A stretch of 64,000 nucleotides of DNA, from assembly GCA_013287965.1 (NCBI GenBank), contig JABDCU010000001.1:5910-69909 (forward strand), read 5' to 3'. The first letter of the stretch is position 1. Every line of letters starts with the position of its first letter. Source of the DNA: Candidatus Omnitrophota bacterium. GTDB lineage: Bacteria > Omnitrophota > Gorgyraeia > Zapsychrales > Fredricksoniimonadaceae. The position numbers and the translations under genes were made by a program. The notes under the pieces are model-generated. The model searched no databases and was not told the DNA's origin. It saw nothing but the letters and a program-made list of their open reading frames with translations. This document shows positions 37,065 to 48,223 of this stretch, piece after piece.

Positions 37065-37986
37065 AGAACGTATCCTCATTATCGACGATGATCCTGATAT
37101 CCGCGATGTGCTTAATTTAAGCCTGGCGGAACATTACAGCATTTCCGCGGCCAATAACGGCAAAGAAGGTCTGGAGATGGTCAAGACCAAAAACCCTGAT
37201 TTGATCATCACTGATTATAATATGCCGGTGATGAACGGCCCGCAATTTGTCCGCCAACTGCGCCATGACATTTTACTGCGCCACCTGCCTGTTATCATGC
37301 TCACCGGCAAAGGCGAAACCAGGGACATGGTCACCGGGATCGAATCCGGAGCGGACGACTATATAGTCAAACCTTTTGAACCGGAGACCCTGCTGGCGCG
37401 CATCCGCATGATCTTAAAACGCACCACCCGCTCGCTGGATGCCAATCCCCTGACCCACCTGCCGGGAAACTCGTCGATCATGGAGGAATTCCAGGCCTAC
37501 ATCGACAACGGCAAACCATTCGCGGTGGGCTATGCGGACCTTGATAAATTCAAGATCTATAATGATAAATATGGTTTCGAACACGGGGACGAGGTGATCC
37601 GTTCTTTGGCCCGTATCCTCATTGATGCCACCCAGCAATTCTGCGGACCAGACGCTTTTGTCGGCCATGTCGGTGGGGATGATTTTGTGTTTATCTGCGC
37701 TGATGACAAGGCCGATGCCGTCAGCCAGAACATCATTGATGCCTTTGATAAAATCTCCCCCAGCTTTTATAACGATGAGGACCGCGCCGCGGGCTTTATC
37801 ATGGGAGTTGACCGGCAAGGCAATAGTGTCAAGGTCAGTTTAGTTTCTGTTTCCATCGGCATTGTCAGCAGTGTCAACCAGAAGATCACCCATGTGGCAC
37901 AGATCGGGGAACTCGGCGCGGAGTTAAAGAAATTCGCCAAGTCGGTGGGGAAAAGTAATTTTCAGAGGGACCAGAGGAAAAAATAA
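37057..37986 (+). CDS. Response regulator with GGDEF-family output (GGDDF)
   Basis: IIDDD, ITDYNMP, KPF, then DANPLTHLPGN and GHVGGDDF; ATG at 37057. Confidence 0.92.
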   Translation: MRKERILIIDDDPDIRDVLNLSLAEHYSISAANNGKEGLEMVKTKNPDLIITDYNMPVMNGPQFVRQLRHDILLRHLPVIMLTGKGETRDMVTGIESGADDYIVKPFEPETLLARIRMILKRTTRSLDANPLTHLPGNSSIMEEFQAYIDNGKPFAVGYADLDKFKIYNDKYGFEHGDEVIRSLARILIDATQQFCGPDAFVGHVGGDDFVFICADDKADAVSQNIIDAFDKISPSFYNDEDRAAGFIMGVDRQGNSVKVSLVSVSIGIVSSVNQKITHVAQIGELGAELKKFAKSVGKSNFQRDQRKK

Positions 37987-38005
37987 AGACGAAGCAATCT
38001 TTTTA

Positions 38006-39502
38006 TTAATTCGGAACGCACTGTCCGGACGCGCTGCACTTTGTCCAAGTCGGCTGCCCGGCAGGCGGACAGTTCCCGCCATTGGAACCACAGGCGTTTC
38101 CGCAGCTGTCCTTCCCGCAATCCGCGCTCCAATTGGTTCCGCAAGCCGTATTAGCTTTACATGCACCAGCTTCCCAATGCTGACACGGAAGACAACACAG
38201 ACCGGGCAAGGTAGCAGCGGTGATAGTGGTACCGCTGTTGCTGCCGCTGCTGCATGGTTCTCCGCCAGAACAACCCCCGCTATTGGAACCGCAAGGGGTT
38301 CCATCGCTGTCATAACCGCAATCATTGCTCCCGCAAGGTGTCAAAGGCACACATCGAGATAAAATACCATTCCAAATTTCAGTATCAGGACAACTTGTCA
38401 CACACGTGCCAGGAGGCCCGTTAACGTCACCGGTAGTATTATTACATTTTTCCCCGGTAGGACAGTTCCCATTATTTGCCCCGCAAAAGCCCCCGCAACT
38501 GTCTTGACCGCAGCCATTGGGTGATGGAGAACCATTGGAAGCTATGGGGCAAGCGGGGCTCGCCTTGCAATTTCCCGGCACACATGTGTTCCCCTTCCAA
38601 TAAGTACAGTTATTAGGATCAGTGCTGTCATTGCAATTACACCGGCAAGAGTCATAGCCGGGATCCCCGAGAGTTGTATCACAGAATTGATTGGCCGGGC
38701 ATGAATTTATGTCCTGACATCCGGTCCCGGCGGAATTAACATCAGTACATTTATTACCATCTACCTGGCAATAAGCGCATGAGGACGTGGAACTGTCCCA
38801 ATAGGAATACTTAAAACAAGCGCATTCTTTTTTAGTGTCCGTCTGGGTTGAATCACAAAATCCATTCGTGCATACTGTCGGCACACACTTGGTCCCATCA
38901 AAAGTAGTGCATGGGTCCGGACAATAATTGACACACGCAGGCGGATTAGCGGACTGATCAAAATACCAGCCGGTGGGACATATGCATTGAGTGCATGTTG
39001 GGTCAGTTAAAGATCCCGGGACGGAAGAGCAATCCAGGCCATTGGAACAGCCGCATCCTGATGGATTATCAGTTGCTCTTTGTGCCACGGGAACTGCTCC
39101 GCAAACCTGGCCGGTGATTGGACAAAAGCAGGCATTGACCCCGTTACAGGCTACCTGCCCGCTCCCTGAACAATATGCCCCTCCAAATGCCGGCGCCGGG
39201 CATTCGCAGGAACGGTACATGACCGTAGGACCAAAACTGCCTGAAGCAGGACAAGTGACCGAACACCAGCCGCCGTTTATAGGAGTGATCTGTTTGCCGT
39301 CAATGGTCTCATTGCCATTTCCCATGATGACACGGGTAACGGTATTATAATAACCTTGTGCCGTGTCATGTATTTGGGAAACCAACGAGTTTGGGTTGGA
39401 ACTAAAACTGGCAATGACCGCCACCGCGACCACGGCCAAGAGCAAAAGATACTCCAGCGACGTCTGTCCTCGAATAGGGCTATAGGCAGCGGGCATTCTC
39501 AT
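38006..39502 (-). CDS. Pilin-like (class III signal) Cys-rich surface protein with a TSP1-like motif
   Basis: RG|QTSLEYLLLLAVVAVAVIA, NGGWCSVTC...RSCECPAPAFGGAYCSG and CGxDxCG repeats. Start moved to ATG 39502. Confidence 0.75.
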   Translation of the reverse strand: MRMPAAYSPIRGQTSLEYLLLLAVVAVAVIASFSSNPNSLVSQIHDTAQGYYNTVTRVIMGNGNETIDGKQITPINGGWCSVTCPASGSFGPTVMYRSCECPAPAFGGAYCSGSGQVACNGVNACFCPITGQVCGAVPVAQRATDNPSGCGCSNGLDCSSVPGSLTDPTCTQCICPTGWYFDQSANPPACVNYCPDPCTTFDGTKCVPTVCTNGFCDSTQTDTKKECACFKYSYWDSSTSSCAYCQVDGNKCTDVNSAGTGCQDINSCPANQFCDTTLGDPGYDSCRCNCNDSTDPNNCTYWKGNTCVPGNCKASPACPIASNGSPSPNGCGQDSCGGFCGANNGNCPTGEKCNNTTGDVNGPPGTCVTSCPDTEIWNGILSRCVPLTPCGSNDCGYDSDGTPCGSNSGGCSGGEPCSSGSNSGTTITAATLPGLCCLPCQHWEAGACKANTACGTNWSADCGKDSCGNACGSNGGNCPPAGQPTWTKCSASGQCVPN

Positions 39503-39540
39503 AGATAATACAAATATACCATATAATTTCAGGGTTAGCA

Positions 39541-39608
39541 AAAAACCGGGACACATTGAATTAAATTAAATTTTACATGAAACTTTAATTCAATGTGTCC
39601 CGGTTTTT
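39541..39608. repeat. Palindromic element family B, copy 3 (supplies the last codons and stop of rpe)
   Basis: 25-bp arms AAAAACCGGGACACATTGAATTAAA with an 18-nt loop. Confidence 0.95.
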
Positions 39609-40300
39609 CTAAGACCCTTGGTGACATTGGAAATATCATCAGCGCCAAAAAGATAGCTGGCAGTAATGAGAACGTGCGCGCCTGCCTTCACCGCCAATGG
39701 GGCGGTTTGGGCATTGATCCCCCCGTCTACGGCGATATCACCTTTAAAAATTTCCTTTAGGCGTACCAGCTTAGGCAAGGCTTCGGCCATGAATTTTTGG
39801 CCGGCAAACCCCGGGTTAACAGACATGACCAAGACCCCGTCGCAATCATTCAAAATGGCCTCGCATAACGGCGTGCCGGGATTGATGACCACGAATGCTT
39901 TTTTCCCAAACCCGCGGACCTTTTTTAAGTCCGCGCGAAGGCCAGGGATGTCCACTTCATCGATCTCTTTAGGCCATTGGTCCCACTGGCGGCATGCAGC
40001 CCGACGCTGTCCATAGCACTCCACCTGGATTTGGATAATGTCTGCCCCGGCTTTCGCGTAGCTTTCAATATAATCCCCGGGATGCTCGATCATCAAGTGG
40101 GCTTCCAGGGGAAGTTTGGTGTGCTTACGCATGGCCTCAACGATCACAGGCCCAATGGTCAAATTAGGGACAAAATGCCCGTCCATGCAATCAATGTGAA
40201 AACGCGCCACCCCGCTGTCTTCACAACGCTTGATATCGCGGGCCAAATTGCCGAAATCAGCGGCGAGGATGCTGGCTGAAACTTCGATGGGTTTTTTCAT
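39590..40300 (-). CDS. rpe: Ribulose-phosphate 3-epimerase
   Basis: SASILAADF, HIDCMDGHFVPN, MSVNPGFAGQKF, VDGGIN. Start at ATG 40300, since the longer ORF overlaps the tRNA. Confidence 0.95.
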   Translation of the reverse strand: MKKPIEVSASILAADFGNLARDIKRCEDSGVARFHIDCMDGHFVPNLTIGPVIVEAMRKHTKLPLEAHLMIEHPGDYIESYAKAGADIIQIQVECYGQRRAACRQWDQWPKEIDEVDIPGLRADLKKVRGFGKKAFVVINPGTPLCEAILNDCDGVLVMSVNPGFAGQKFMAEALPKLVRLKEIFKGDIAVDGGINAQTAPLAVKAGAHVLITASYLFGADDISNVTKGLRKTGTH

Positions 40301-40312
40301 AATGTTCTTTAA

Positions 40313-40394
40313 TGCGCGGGGAGGGAATTGAACCCTCACGCCTTACGGCATACGCCCCTCAAACGTACGCGTCTACCAATTCCGCCACCCGCGC
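40313..40394 (-). tRNA. tRNA-Leu(GAG), CCA not encoded
   Basis: GCGCGGG acceptor, GGCGGAATTGGTAGACGC D-arm, TACGT-TTGAGGG-GCGTA anticodon arm and long variable arm. Confidence 0.95.
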
Positions 40395-40402
40395 TCAAAT
40401 AT

Positions 40403-42007
40403 TTATTTTACGTGATTTAAAGCCGCCGCGATAAAGCCCTTGAACAATGGATGGGCGCTGTCGGGCTTGGACTTGAATTCCGGGTGGAACTGACAGCCGA
40501 CAAACCACGGATGGTCCTTGATCTCAATGATCTCAACCAAGTCCCGCTCGGGATTGACTCCCGCGATCACCAGCCCTTTTTGCGTCAATTGCTGACGATA
40601 CGCATTGTTGAATTCATAGCGGTGGCGATGACGCTCGGAAATCTTAGCGTTCTTATACGCTTCAAAGCTTTTGGTGCCCTTTTCCAAAACGCAGGCGTAC
40701 GCGCCCAGGCGCATGGAAGCGCCCAAATTCTTGACCTTTTTCTGCTCCTCGATCAGGCTGATGACGGGATTGGAGGTCTCTTTGTCAAACTCCGTCGAGT
40801 TGGCTCCCTTGAGGCCTGCCACATGGCGGGCAAATTCGATGGTGGCGATCTGCATGCCTAAACAAATCCCGAAAAAAGGAATATTGTTCTCACGCACGTA
40901 TTTGACCGCCGCGATCTTTCCCTCGATGCCGCGGGCCCCAAAACCACCGGGGATCAAAACACCGTGGGCGTCTTTCAAACATTTCTTAAAACCGGCCTTT
41001 TCCACCTCTTCGGAATCAACTTTCAAAATAGTGACCCGCGCGTTATTGGCAATGCCCCCGTGCACCAGGGCTTCGTAAATGGATTTATAGGCGTCCTGCA
41101 AAGAAATATATTTTCCAACCACGGCGATCTTGACCTCTTTAGCCGGAGAACGCAGGCGCTTTAAGACCCCTTCTTCCCAATTTTTGATGCCGCGGTCAAC
41201 GAGCTTGATATTCAGCTTCTTTAAGATGAGCTCATCCAATCCCTCTTTTTTAAGGGCCAGGGGTACTTCATAAATGTGTTTAACATCCGCGGCCTCAATA
41301 ACAGCTTCCAGGTCCACATTGCAAAACAAGGCGATCTTCTCACGCTGTTCCTGCGAGATGGGCCGCTCCGTGCGGCACATCAAAATTTGAGGGATGATCC
41401 CTATTTCCCGCAAACGCCCGACGCTGTGCTGGGTTGGCTTGGTTTTCTGTTCGCCGGCGGATTTAATGTAAGGCAGCAGTGTCACATGGATATTCAACGC
41501 GTAACTTTCGCCAAGTTCCCAGCGCAGCTGCCTGATGGCTTCCAAAAAAGGAAGAGACTCAATGTCCCCTACCGTGCCGCCGATCTCAACGATCGTCACA
41601 TCCACGTCCGTGGACTTGGAGACCTTCTTGATGCGCTCCTTGATCTCATCTGTAATATGCGGGATGATCTGCACGGTCTTGCCTAAGTAATCCCCGCGGC
41701 GCTCCTTGGTGATCACGGAAAAATAGACCTTGCCGGCGGTGATACTGCTGTCCTTGGAAAGCTGGGTATTGGTGAAGCGCTCATAATGGCCTAAGTCCAG
41801 GTCTGTTTCCGCCCCGTCGTCGGTGACATAGACTTCCCCGTGCTGATAGGGGTTCATGGTGCCGGGGTCCACGTTCAAATACGGGTCGCATTTGATGATG
41901 GTCGTCTTAAGCCCGCGGGCTTCAAGCAATTTGCCTATAGAAGCAGCCGCAATGCCTTTGCCTAAGCTGGAAACAACACCGCCTGTGATAAAAATGTATT
42001 TGCTCAT
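40403..42007 (-). CDS. pyrG: CTP synthase
   Basis: [40 protein letters not shown]. Confidence 0.98.
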   Translation of the reverse strand: MSKYIFITGGVVSSLGKGIAAASIGKLLEARGLKTTIIKCDPYLNVDPGTMNPYQHGEVYVTDDGAETDLDLGHYERFTNTQLSKDSSITAGKVYFSVITKERRGDYLGKTVQIIPHITDEIKERIKKVSKSTDVDVTIVEIGGTVGDIESLPFLEAIRQLRWELGESYALNIHVTLLPYIKSAGEQKTKPTQHSVGRLREIGIIPQILMCRTERPISQEQREKIALFCNVDLEAVIEAADVKHIYEVPLALKKEGLDELILKKLNIKLVDRGIKNWEEGVLKRLRSPAKEVKIAVVGKYISLQDAYKSIYEALVHGGIANNARVTILKVDSEEVEKAGFKKCLKDAHGVLIPGGFGARGIEGKIAAVKYVRENNIPFFGICLGMQIATIEFARHVAGLKGANSTEFDKETSNPVISLIEEQKKVKNLGASMRLGAYACVLEKGTKSFEAYKNAKISERHRHRYEFNNAYRQQLTQKGLVIAGVNPERDLVEIIEIKDHPWFVGCQFHPEFKSKPDSAHPLFKGFIAAALNHVK

Positions 42008-43377
42008 GATTCCAACTTTAATTTATCCGTGTTTTTAGGGATGGCCGTCGGATATTTGCCTGTAAAACAGGCTGAACAGAAACTGCTCTTGTCCTTCATC
42101 ACGGACATCATGCCATCAAGGCTCAAGAAACCCAGGGAGTCAACCTTGATAAAATCCGCGATCTCCTGGACTGTCTTGTTATGCGCAATAAGCTCTCCTG
42201 ACGAGGGAAAATCAATCCCGTAAAAACAAGGGGACTTGATGGGCGGGCATGAGATGCGCATGTGTATTTCTTTGGCGCCCACTTCACGCAATTCTTCAAT
42301 ACGGCTGCGGGACGTTGTCCCCCGCACAATGGAATCCTCGATGATGACCACTTTTTTGCCCTTGATCACGTCCCTTATAGGATTAAGTTTAACACGTACA
42401 CGGAATTCACGCAAAAATTGAGTGGGTTGAATGAAGGTGCGGCCGATATAATGGTTTCGGACAATCCCCAGTTCAAAAGGCATGTTCAATTCCTGGGCAT
42501 AGCCCAAGGCCGCGTAATTACCGGAGTCCGGAATGCCCATGACAAAATCTGCTTTGGCAGGATGTTCTTTGGCCAACTGTGCGCCTAAACGCTTCCTGAC
42601 CTGGTAAATATTGTCATCAAAAATACGGCTGTCAGGACGGGCGAAATAAACATTTTCAAAAACGCAAAAAGCCTTTGCGGCGCTTTTACTGCCCGGCAAA
42701 TAAATGGATTCCAGTTTATTGCCTTTAATGATGACGATCTCGCCGGGTGCTATCTCCCGCACGAATTCCGCCTTCATCAGGTCAAAAGCACAGCTTTCGG
42801 AAGCTAAAATATACCCGTCGCCTAATTTTCCCAAACACAAAGGACGAAATCCCTGCGGATCTCGGGCCCCGATCAAACATTCTTCCAGCAAAAGCACGAC
42901 CGAGTATGCCCCCTTCACTTGGGAAAAAACCTTTGTCAGCCATTGGGCCATGTCGCCGTTGGGCGTCTTGGCCAATAAATGCACGAAAATTTCAGAATCC
43001 ATCGAGGTCTGGAAAATGGACCCTTCGTCTTCCAGTCTGGCATATAGCTCGTCGGTATTGATCAAATTGCCGTTGTGTGCCACCGCGATGGGTTTTTTGC
43101 GGTGATTGACCAGAATGGGCTGGATATTCTTGGTATGCGACCCGCCCGTCGTGGAATACCGGGTGTGCGCGATGGCCATATGGCCCTTTAACCGGCTGAT
43201 ATTGCTTTCATCAAAATTATCAACGGCCAAGCCGTCTTTTTTAATGACATGCATCTCACGGCCGTCGTAAGAGACGATGCCGGCCGCTTCCTCGCCGCGG
43301 TGCTGTAAGGCATACAGGCCTAAAAAGGCCATTTTGCTTGCTTCCTTATGATGACTGATCCCGACGATGCCGCACAT
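42004..43377 (-). CDS. purF: Amidophosphoribosyltransferase
   Basis: [26 protein letters not shown]. Confidence 0.97.
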   Translation of the reverse strand: MCGIVGISHHKEASKMAFLGLYALQHRGEEAAGIVSYDGREMHVIKKDGLAVDNFDESNISRLKGHMAIAHTRYSTTGGSHTKNIQPILVNHRKKPIAVAHNGNLINTDELYARLEDEGSIFQTSMDSEIFVHLLAKTPNGDMAQWLTKVFSQVKGAYSVVLLLEECLIGARDPQGFRPLCLGKLGDGYILASESCAFDLMKAEFVREIAPGEIVIIKGNKLESIYLPGSKSAAKAFCVFENVYFARPDSRIFDDNIYQVRKRLGAQLAKEHPAKADFVMGIPDSGNYAALGYAQELNMPFELGIVRNHYIGRTFIQPTQFLREFRVRVKLNPIRDVIKGKKVVIIEDSIVRGTTSRSRIEELREVGAKEIHMRISCPPIKSPCFYGIDFPSSGELIAHNKTVQEIADFIKVDSLGFLSLDGMMSVMKDKSSFCSACFTGKYPTAIPKNTDKLKLES

Positions 43378-43379
43378 GA

Positions 43380-46300
43380 TTAAACCGCCTTTAGGGACTG
43401 CGCATATAAATTCTGCAGCGACTCCACCGTAAACTCTTCTTTAATACTCGCTTCTATGCCGTTAACAGCTGCCCATGCCCCCTGCAGGGTTGTGATGCAG
43501 GGGATATTATGTAAAATAGCCGCCGCCCGGATGACCCTCATATCCGATTGGCTTTTCTTGCCTGAAGGTGTATTGATAATTAAGTTTATCTCACCTTTTT
43601 TGACTAATGTCAACGCGTTTTCTTCACCTTCATGATGTTTGTCCACAATGGTCACGTCAATGCCCGCTGAACGAAGCGCCTTGGCCGTTCCTCGCGTGGC
43701 CATCACCTTGAATTTCAGGTCTGCTAATTTCTTGGCAATGAACGCCACATCACGCTTGTCATGGTCATTGACACTGATAAAAACCACGCCTGATTTGGGC
43801 AAGGCCTGGTTGGCCGCCATTTGGGATTTGGCAAAAGCCGCGCCAAAATTCGAAGCGATCCCCATGACCTCGCCGGTGGATTTCATCTCCGGCCCTAAAA
43901 TAATATCCACCCCGGAAAAACGGCTGAAAGGCAGGACTGATTCTTTGACACAGATATATTTTAATTCTTCCGGATCGACCAATTCAAAATCACTTAATTT
44001 CTTGCCTGCCATGACCTGGGCCGCGATCTTGGCCAGCGGCATGCCGGTGGCTTTGCTGACAAAAGGGCTGGTGCGCGAGGCGCGCGGATTGACCTCCAGG
44101 ACATACACCTGGCGGCCCTTGACCGCGAACTGGATATTCATCAGGCCCACGACTTTCAGGGCATGGGCCAGGCGCACGGTCTGATTTTTAATGTCCTCGA
44201 TCACTTCTTCACTTAAAGTATGCGGCGGCAAAACGCAGGCTGAATCTCCTGAGTGAATGCCCGCGTTCTCAATATGTTCCATGACCCCGGCGACGTATAC
44301 ATCTTCACCGTCGCAGATGGCATCCACATCCACTTCCTGGGCATCTTCCAAAAACTTATCGATCAATACCGGATGCCCGCGCGAGACGCTGTGCACCTCA
44401 TCTAAAAAGGACTTGATAGATTCTTCATCATAAACAATACGCATGGCGCGCCCCCCAAGCACATAAGACGGACGGACGAGTACCGGATATCCAATGCGAT
44501 TGGCCGCGATCAGGGTTTCTTCCTTGGTTGTTGTTGAGGCGTTGGCCGGCTGTTTCAAACCCAGCTTGTCCATTAGCTTGGAAAAATGCTCCCGGTTTTC
44601 CGCCAGGTCAATGGAGTCAACAGAGGTCCCGATGATAGGCACTCCGGCCTGGGACAACCGGCGCGCTAAATTCAGCGGTGTCTGGCCGCCGAATTGCACG
44701 ATCACCCCATCGGGACGTTCCACTTCAAACACATTCATCACGTCTTCAAAGGTCAACGGTTCAAAATACAGCCTGTCGGACGTGTCATAATCCGTCGAAA
44801 CCGTCTCCGGATTGGAATTGACCATGATGGTTTCAAAACCCATTTCCTTAAGGGCAAAGGCCGCGTGGCAGCAGCAATAATCAAATTCGATCCCCTGGCC
44901 GATGCGGTTGGGCCCGCCGCCTAAGATCATGATCTTCTTCTTTTTAGATTTACGCTTTTGGTTATTGATGAGCGCTTCATCTTCAGTCTCATACGTCGAA
45001 TAATAATAAGGCGTATACGCTTCAAATTCCGCGGCACAAGTGTCCACTAATTTGAAAGTCGCCGTGATGCCCATGTCCTTACGCATTTGACGGACGTCTT
45101 TTTCACTTTTATCCAGGACCTCTGCCAATTGGGCATCGGAAAATCCGTATTCCTTGGCCTGGCGCAAAAGCTGAGGCGCCAAAGTCCCGCTGGATACAGC
45201 GACGGATTTCAAATGGTCCTCCAGCTCTAAGATCTGTGCTATCTGGTCAATGAACCAAATGTCGATCTTGGAAATTTCCGAGACCTGCTCTATGCTCATG
45301 CCTTTTTGCAAGGCGTATTTCAAATAGAAAATGCGTGAGGCATTGGGCTCAGCCAGGCGCAATTGGATCTTGGCGTCCTCAATATAGCGCCAGTCCTGTT
45401 TATTATCCAGGCCGATATGGTCGATCTCCAGGCCCCTTAACCCCTTTTGCAAAGCTTCCTTGAAATTGCGGCCGATGGCCATGGTCTCGCCGACACTTTT
45501 CATTTGTATGCCTAAGATGTCCTTGGCTTCGGGGAATTTTTCAAAAGTAAAGCGCGGGATCTTGACTACACAATAATCAATGGCAGGTTCAAAGCACGCG
45601 GGCGTTTCCCTGGTGATATCGTTCTGAATTTCATCCAGCGAATAGCCCACGGCCAATTTAGCGGCGAATTTGGCTATGGGGAATCCCGTGGCCTTGGATG
45701 CCAGCGCCGATGAACGCGAGACCCGTGGGTTCATTTCAATGACCACCATGCGCCCGTCTTTAGGATCAACGGCGAATTGGATATTCGACCCTCCGGTCTC
45801 TACCCCGATCTCACGGATCAAACGGATAGAAGCATCACGCATGTTCTGGTACTCGGCATCGGTCAATGTCTGCGCCGGAGCGACTGTAATGCTGTCCCCG
45901 GTATGCACGCCCATGGGGTCTAAATTTTCAATGGAACAGACGATCACGACATTATCCGCGTGGTCGCGCATCAGCTCCAGCTCATATTCTTTCCAGCCTT
46001 CGATGGATTCTTCAATAAGTATTTCATGGATCATGGAGCTTTCGATCCCCAGGGCCGCGATGCGTTCAAACTCCTGCGCATCATGCGCGATGCCGCCGCC
46101 CGTGCCTCCTAAAGTAAACGAAGCACGCACGATGCAGGGAAAACCGATCTGCCCCACTGCCTGTTTGGCTTCTTCGAGATTGTAAGCAAAGACACTTTTA
46201 GGCACATCCAGACCTACTTTGATGACCGCGGCTTTAAATTCACTGCGGTCTTCGGCCTTGCGGATCACCTCGTATTTTGCCCCCAGCATTTCAACATTAT

Positions 46301-46631
46301 ATTTGGCTAAAATGCCCTGCTCATGGAGTTTCATGGCCAAATTAAGGCCTGTCTGCCCGCCTAAAGTAGGCAAAATAGCGTCGGGCCTTTCCTTGCGGAT
46401 GATAAGTTCCAGGAATTCAGGGGTCAGGGGTTCAATATAAGTGGCGTCCGCGATGCCCGGGTCGGTCATGATGGTGGCAGGATTGGAATTGACCAATACT
46501 ACTTCATACCCTTCTTCCTTCAAGGCCTTGCAAGCCTGGGACCCGGAATAATCAAATTCGCAGGCCTGGCCTATGACAATGGGCCCTGCTCCGATGATCA
46601 TTATTTTCTTAATATCAACGCGTTTGGGCAT
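43380..46631 (-). CDS. carB: Carbamoyl-phosphate synthase large subunit
   Basis: [10 protein letters not shown], duplicated ATP-grasp domains and an MGS domain. Confidence 0.98.
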   Translation of the reverse strand: MPKRVDIKKIMIIGAGPIVIGQACEFDYSGSQACKALKEEGYEVVLVNSNPATIMTDPGIADATYIEPLTPEFLELIIRKERPDAILPTLGGQTGLNLAMKLHEQGILAKYNVEMLGAKYEVIRKAEDRSEFKAAVIKVGLDVPKSVFAYNLEEAKQAVGQIGFPCIVRASFTLGGTGGGIAHDAQEFERIAALGIESSMIHEILIEESIEGWKEYELELMRDHADNVVIVCSIENLDPMGVHTGDSITVAPAQTLTDAEYQNMRDASIRLIREIGVETGGSNIQFAVDPKDGRMVVIEMNPRVSRSSALASKATGFPIAKFAAKLAVGYSLDEIQNDITRETPACFEPAIDYCVVKIPRFTFEKFPEAKDILGIQMKSVGETMAIGRNFKEALQKGLRGLEIDHIGLDNKQDWRYIEDAKIQLRLAEPNASRIFYLKYALQKGMSIEQVSEISKIDIWFIDQIAQILELEDHLKSVAVSSGTLAPQLLRQAKEYGFSDAQLAEVLDKSEKDVRQMRKDMGITATFKLVDTCAAEFEAYTPYYYSTYETEDEALINNQKRKSKKKKIMILGGGPNRIGQGIEFDYCCCHAAFALKEMGFETIMVNSNPETVSTDYDTSDRLYFEPLTFEDVMNVFEVERPDGVIVQFGGQTPLNLARRLSQAGVPIIGTSVDSIDLAENREHFSKLMDKLGLKQPANASTTTKEETLIAANRIGYPVLVRPSYVLGGRAMRIVYDEESIKSFLDEVHSVSRGHPVLIDKFLEDAQEVDVDAICDGEDVYVAGVMEHIENAGIHSGDSACVLPPHTLSEEVIEDIKNQTVRLAHALKVVGLMNIQFAVKGRQVYVLEVNPRASRTSPFVSKATGMPLAKIAAQVMAGKKLSDFELVDPEELKYICVKESVLPFSRFSGVDIILGPEMKSTGEVMGIASNFGAAFAKSQMAANQALPKSGVVFISVNDHDKRDVAFIAKKLADLKFKVMATRGTAKALRSAGIDVTIVDKHHEGEENALTLVKKGEINLIINTPSGKKSQSDMRVIRAAAILHNIPCITTLQGAWAAVNGIEASIKEEFTVESLQNLYAQSLKAV

Positions 46632-47718
46632 TTTTATGCTTATCTATCATTTCAATAAACTGGCTGAATAAATATTTAGCGTCATGCGGTCCGGGGGCTG
46701 CTTCCGGGTGATACTGGATGGAAAATGCCGGAAAATGTTTATGCCGGATGCCTTCAACGCTCTGGTCATTTAAATTCACATGGATGACCTCTACCTCGCC
46801 CAGATCAAGGCTTTTGACATCCACGCAAAAGCCATGGTTTTGGCTGGTGACCGCGATGCGGTTCCCCTCAAAATCTTTGACCGGATGATTGGCCCCGTGA
46901 TGACCGAATTTTAATTTATATGTCTTTCCATCCAAGGCCAGCCCCAAGATCTGGTTGCCTAAGCAAATGCCGAAAATGGGCGTCTTGCCCAAAAGTCCCT
47001 TAACAGTGTCTATCACATAGGTCACCACCGCCGGATCGCCGGGCCCGTTGGAAAGGAACACCCCATCGGGCTTGATAGCCATGATCTCCTTAGAGCTCGC
47101 CTTGGCCGGGAACACATGCACCTCGCAGCCCATGCTGCTGAGGATGCGTAAAATATTAAACTTGATCCCGCAGTCAATGGCCGCGATCTTGTAAGCCCGA
47201 GGGCCATGGGACTTCCAAACATACTTCTTTAACGTGCTGACATCCTTGACAAAATCCATCCCTTCCATGGAAGGCATCGCATCCAGCTTTTGCTGGAGAC
47301 TTTTAGGGTCAAAATCTTCCGTTGAGATGATCGCTTTCATGGCCCCGGACATGCGCAAATGACGGGTCAAAGCACGGGTGTCCACCCCTTCCATCGCAAT
47401 GATCTTATTGTCATTTAAATAATCGGTAAGGCTTTTTTTAGCGCGCCAATTGGAATGGCGGCGGCAGAATTCTTTGACAACGAAGCCTTTGACGTGAACA
47501 GCGTCAGACTCAACATCCTGGTCATTAACACCGTAATTACCGATCAAGGGATAGGTCATCACAACGATTTGGCCGGTATAGGAGGGATCAGTGAGGACTT
47601 CCTGATAACCGGTCATGGCGGTATTAAAGACAGCTTCGCCCGCGGTTTCCCCGGTCTCTTTTAAAGTACGGCCGCGAAAACTTTTACCGTCCTGAAGATA
47701 TAATATTGCTTCTTTCAT
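46615..47718 (-). CDS. carA: Carbamoyl-phosphate synthase small subunit
   Basis: [32 protein letters not shown]. Confidence 0.98.
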   Translation of the reverse strand: MKEAILYLQDGKSFRGRTLKETGETAGEAVFNTAMTGYQEVLTDPSYTGQIVVMTYPLIGNYGVNDQDVESDAVHVKGFVVKEFCRRHSNWRAKKSLTDYLNDNKIIAMEGVDTRALTRHLRMSGAMKAIISTEDFDPKSLQQKLDAMPSMEGMDFVKDVSTLKKYVWKSHGPRAYKIAAIDCGIKFNILRILSSMGCEVHVFPAKASSKEIMAIKPDGVFLSNGPGDPAVVTYVIDTVKGLLGKTPIFGICLGNQILGLALDGKTYKLKFGHHGANHPVKDFEGNRIAVTSQNHGFCVDVKSLDLGEVEVIHVNLNDQSVEGIRHKHFPAFSIQYHPEAAPGPHDAKYLFSQFIEMIDKHKNAQTR

Positions 47719-47786
47719 GCCCTGCTTTTTTATTGAAAATATCGCGGAAATACGTCGGCGGGAAGGATAATCCCCATGCCTGAAAC

Positions 47787-47815
47787 ACTATAAAGCAAGT
47801 ACCCTTCATTGTCAA
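47787..47815 (-). promoter_or_regulatory. Sigma70 promoter of the carA-carB-purF-pyrG operon
   Basis: TTGACA-N17-TATAGT. Confidence 0.75.
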
Positions 47816-48183
47816 GCAAGAGCTTCCCTGATCGCGGCAACGAGTTCTTCCGGAGGCGTGTTTTTCTGGATATAGTCCCGGGCCCCGTAAGAAGCGTAAT
47901 CAATAAAATTCTTGGGGGTATCAATGGATGTGTAAAAAATAACAGGGATGTCCTTCGTGGACGTGTTTTGTTTAAACTTTTTACACAATTCGATCCCTGA
48001 AATGCCCGGAAGCAGAATATCCAAAAGGATCAGGTCCAATCTATGCTCCAGGGCCTTACTCAGACCTATTGAGCCGTCTTCCGCCAAAAGGACATTGAAG
48101 TCGTATTTTGCCAAAAGCCTGCTGATCAAGGTTCTGTCCACAGGGTTGTCGTCAATGAACAAAATTGTTTTTTGCGCTGGCAT
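47812..48183 (-). CDS. Single-domain response regulator
   Basis: FIDDN, LLDILLP, YIQK; likely start ATG 48183. Confidence 0.88.
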   Translation of the reverse strand: MPAQKTILFIDDNPVDRTLISRLLAKYDFNVLLAEDGSIGLSKALEHRLDLILLDILLPGISGIELCKKFKQNTSTKDIPVIFYTSIDTPKNFIDYASYGARDYIQKNTPPEELVAAIREALA

Positions 48184-48223
48184 AGATAAATTGAGTATAC
48201 AACCATTCCGATGGTACTGGCAA

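Noticed and set aside
39503-39556. N-terminal extension MCPGF... of the pilin-like ORF
   Set aside because: That start comes from the family B palindrome. ATG 39502 fits the prepilin signal better.
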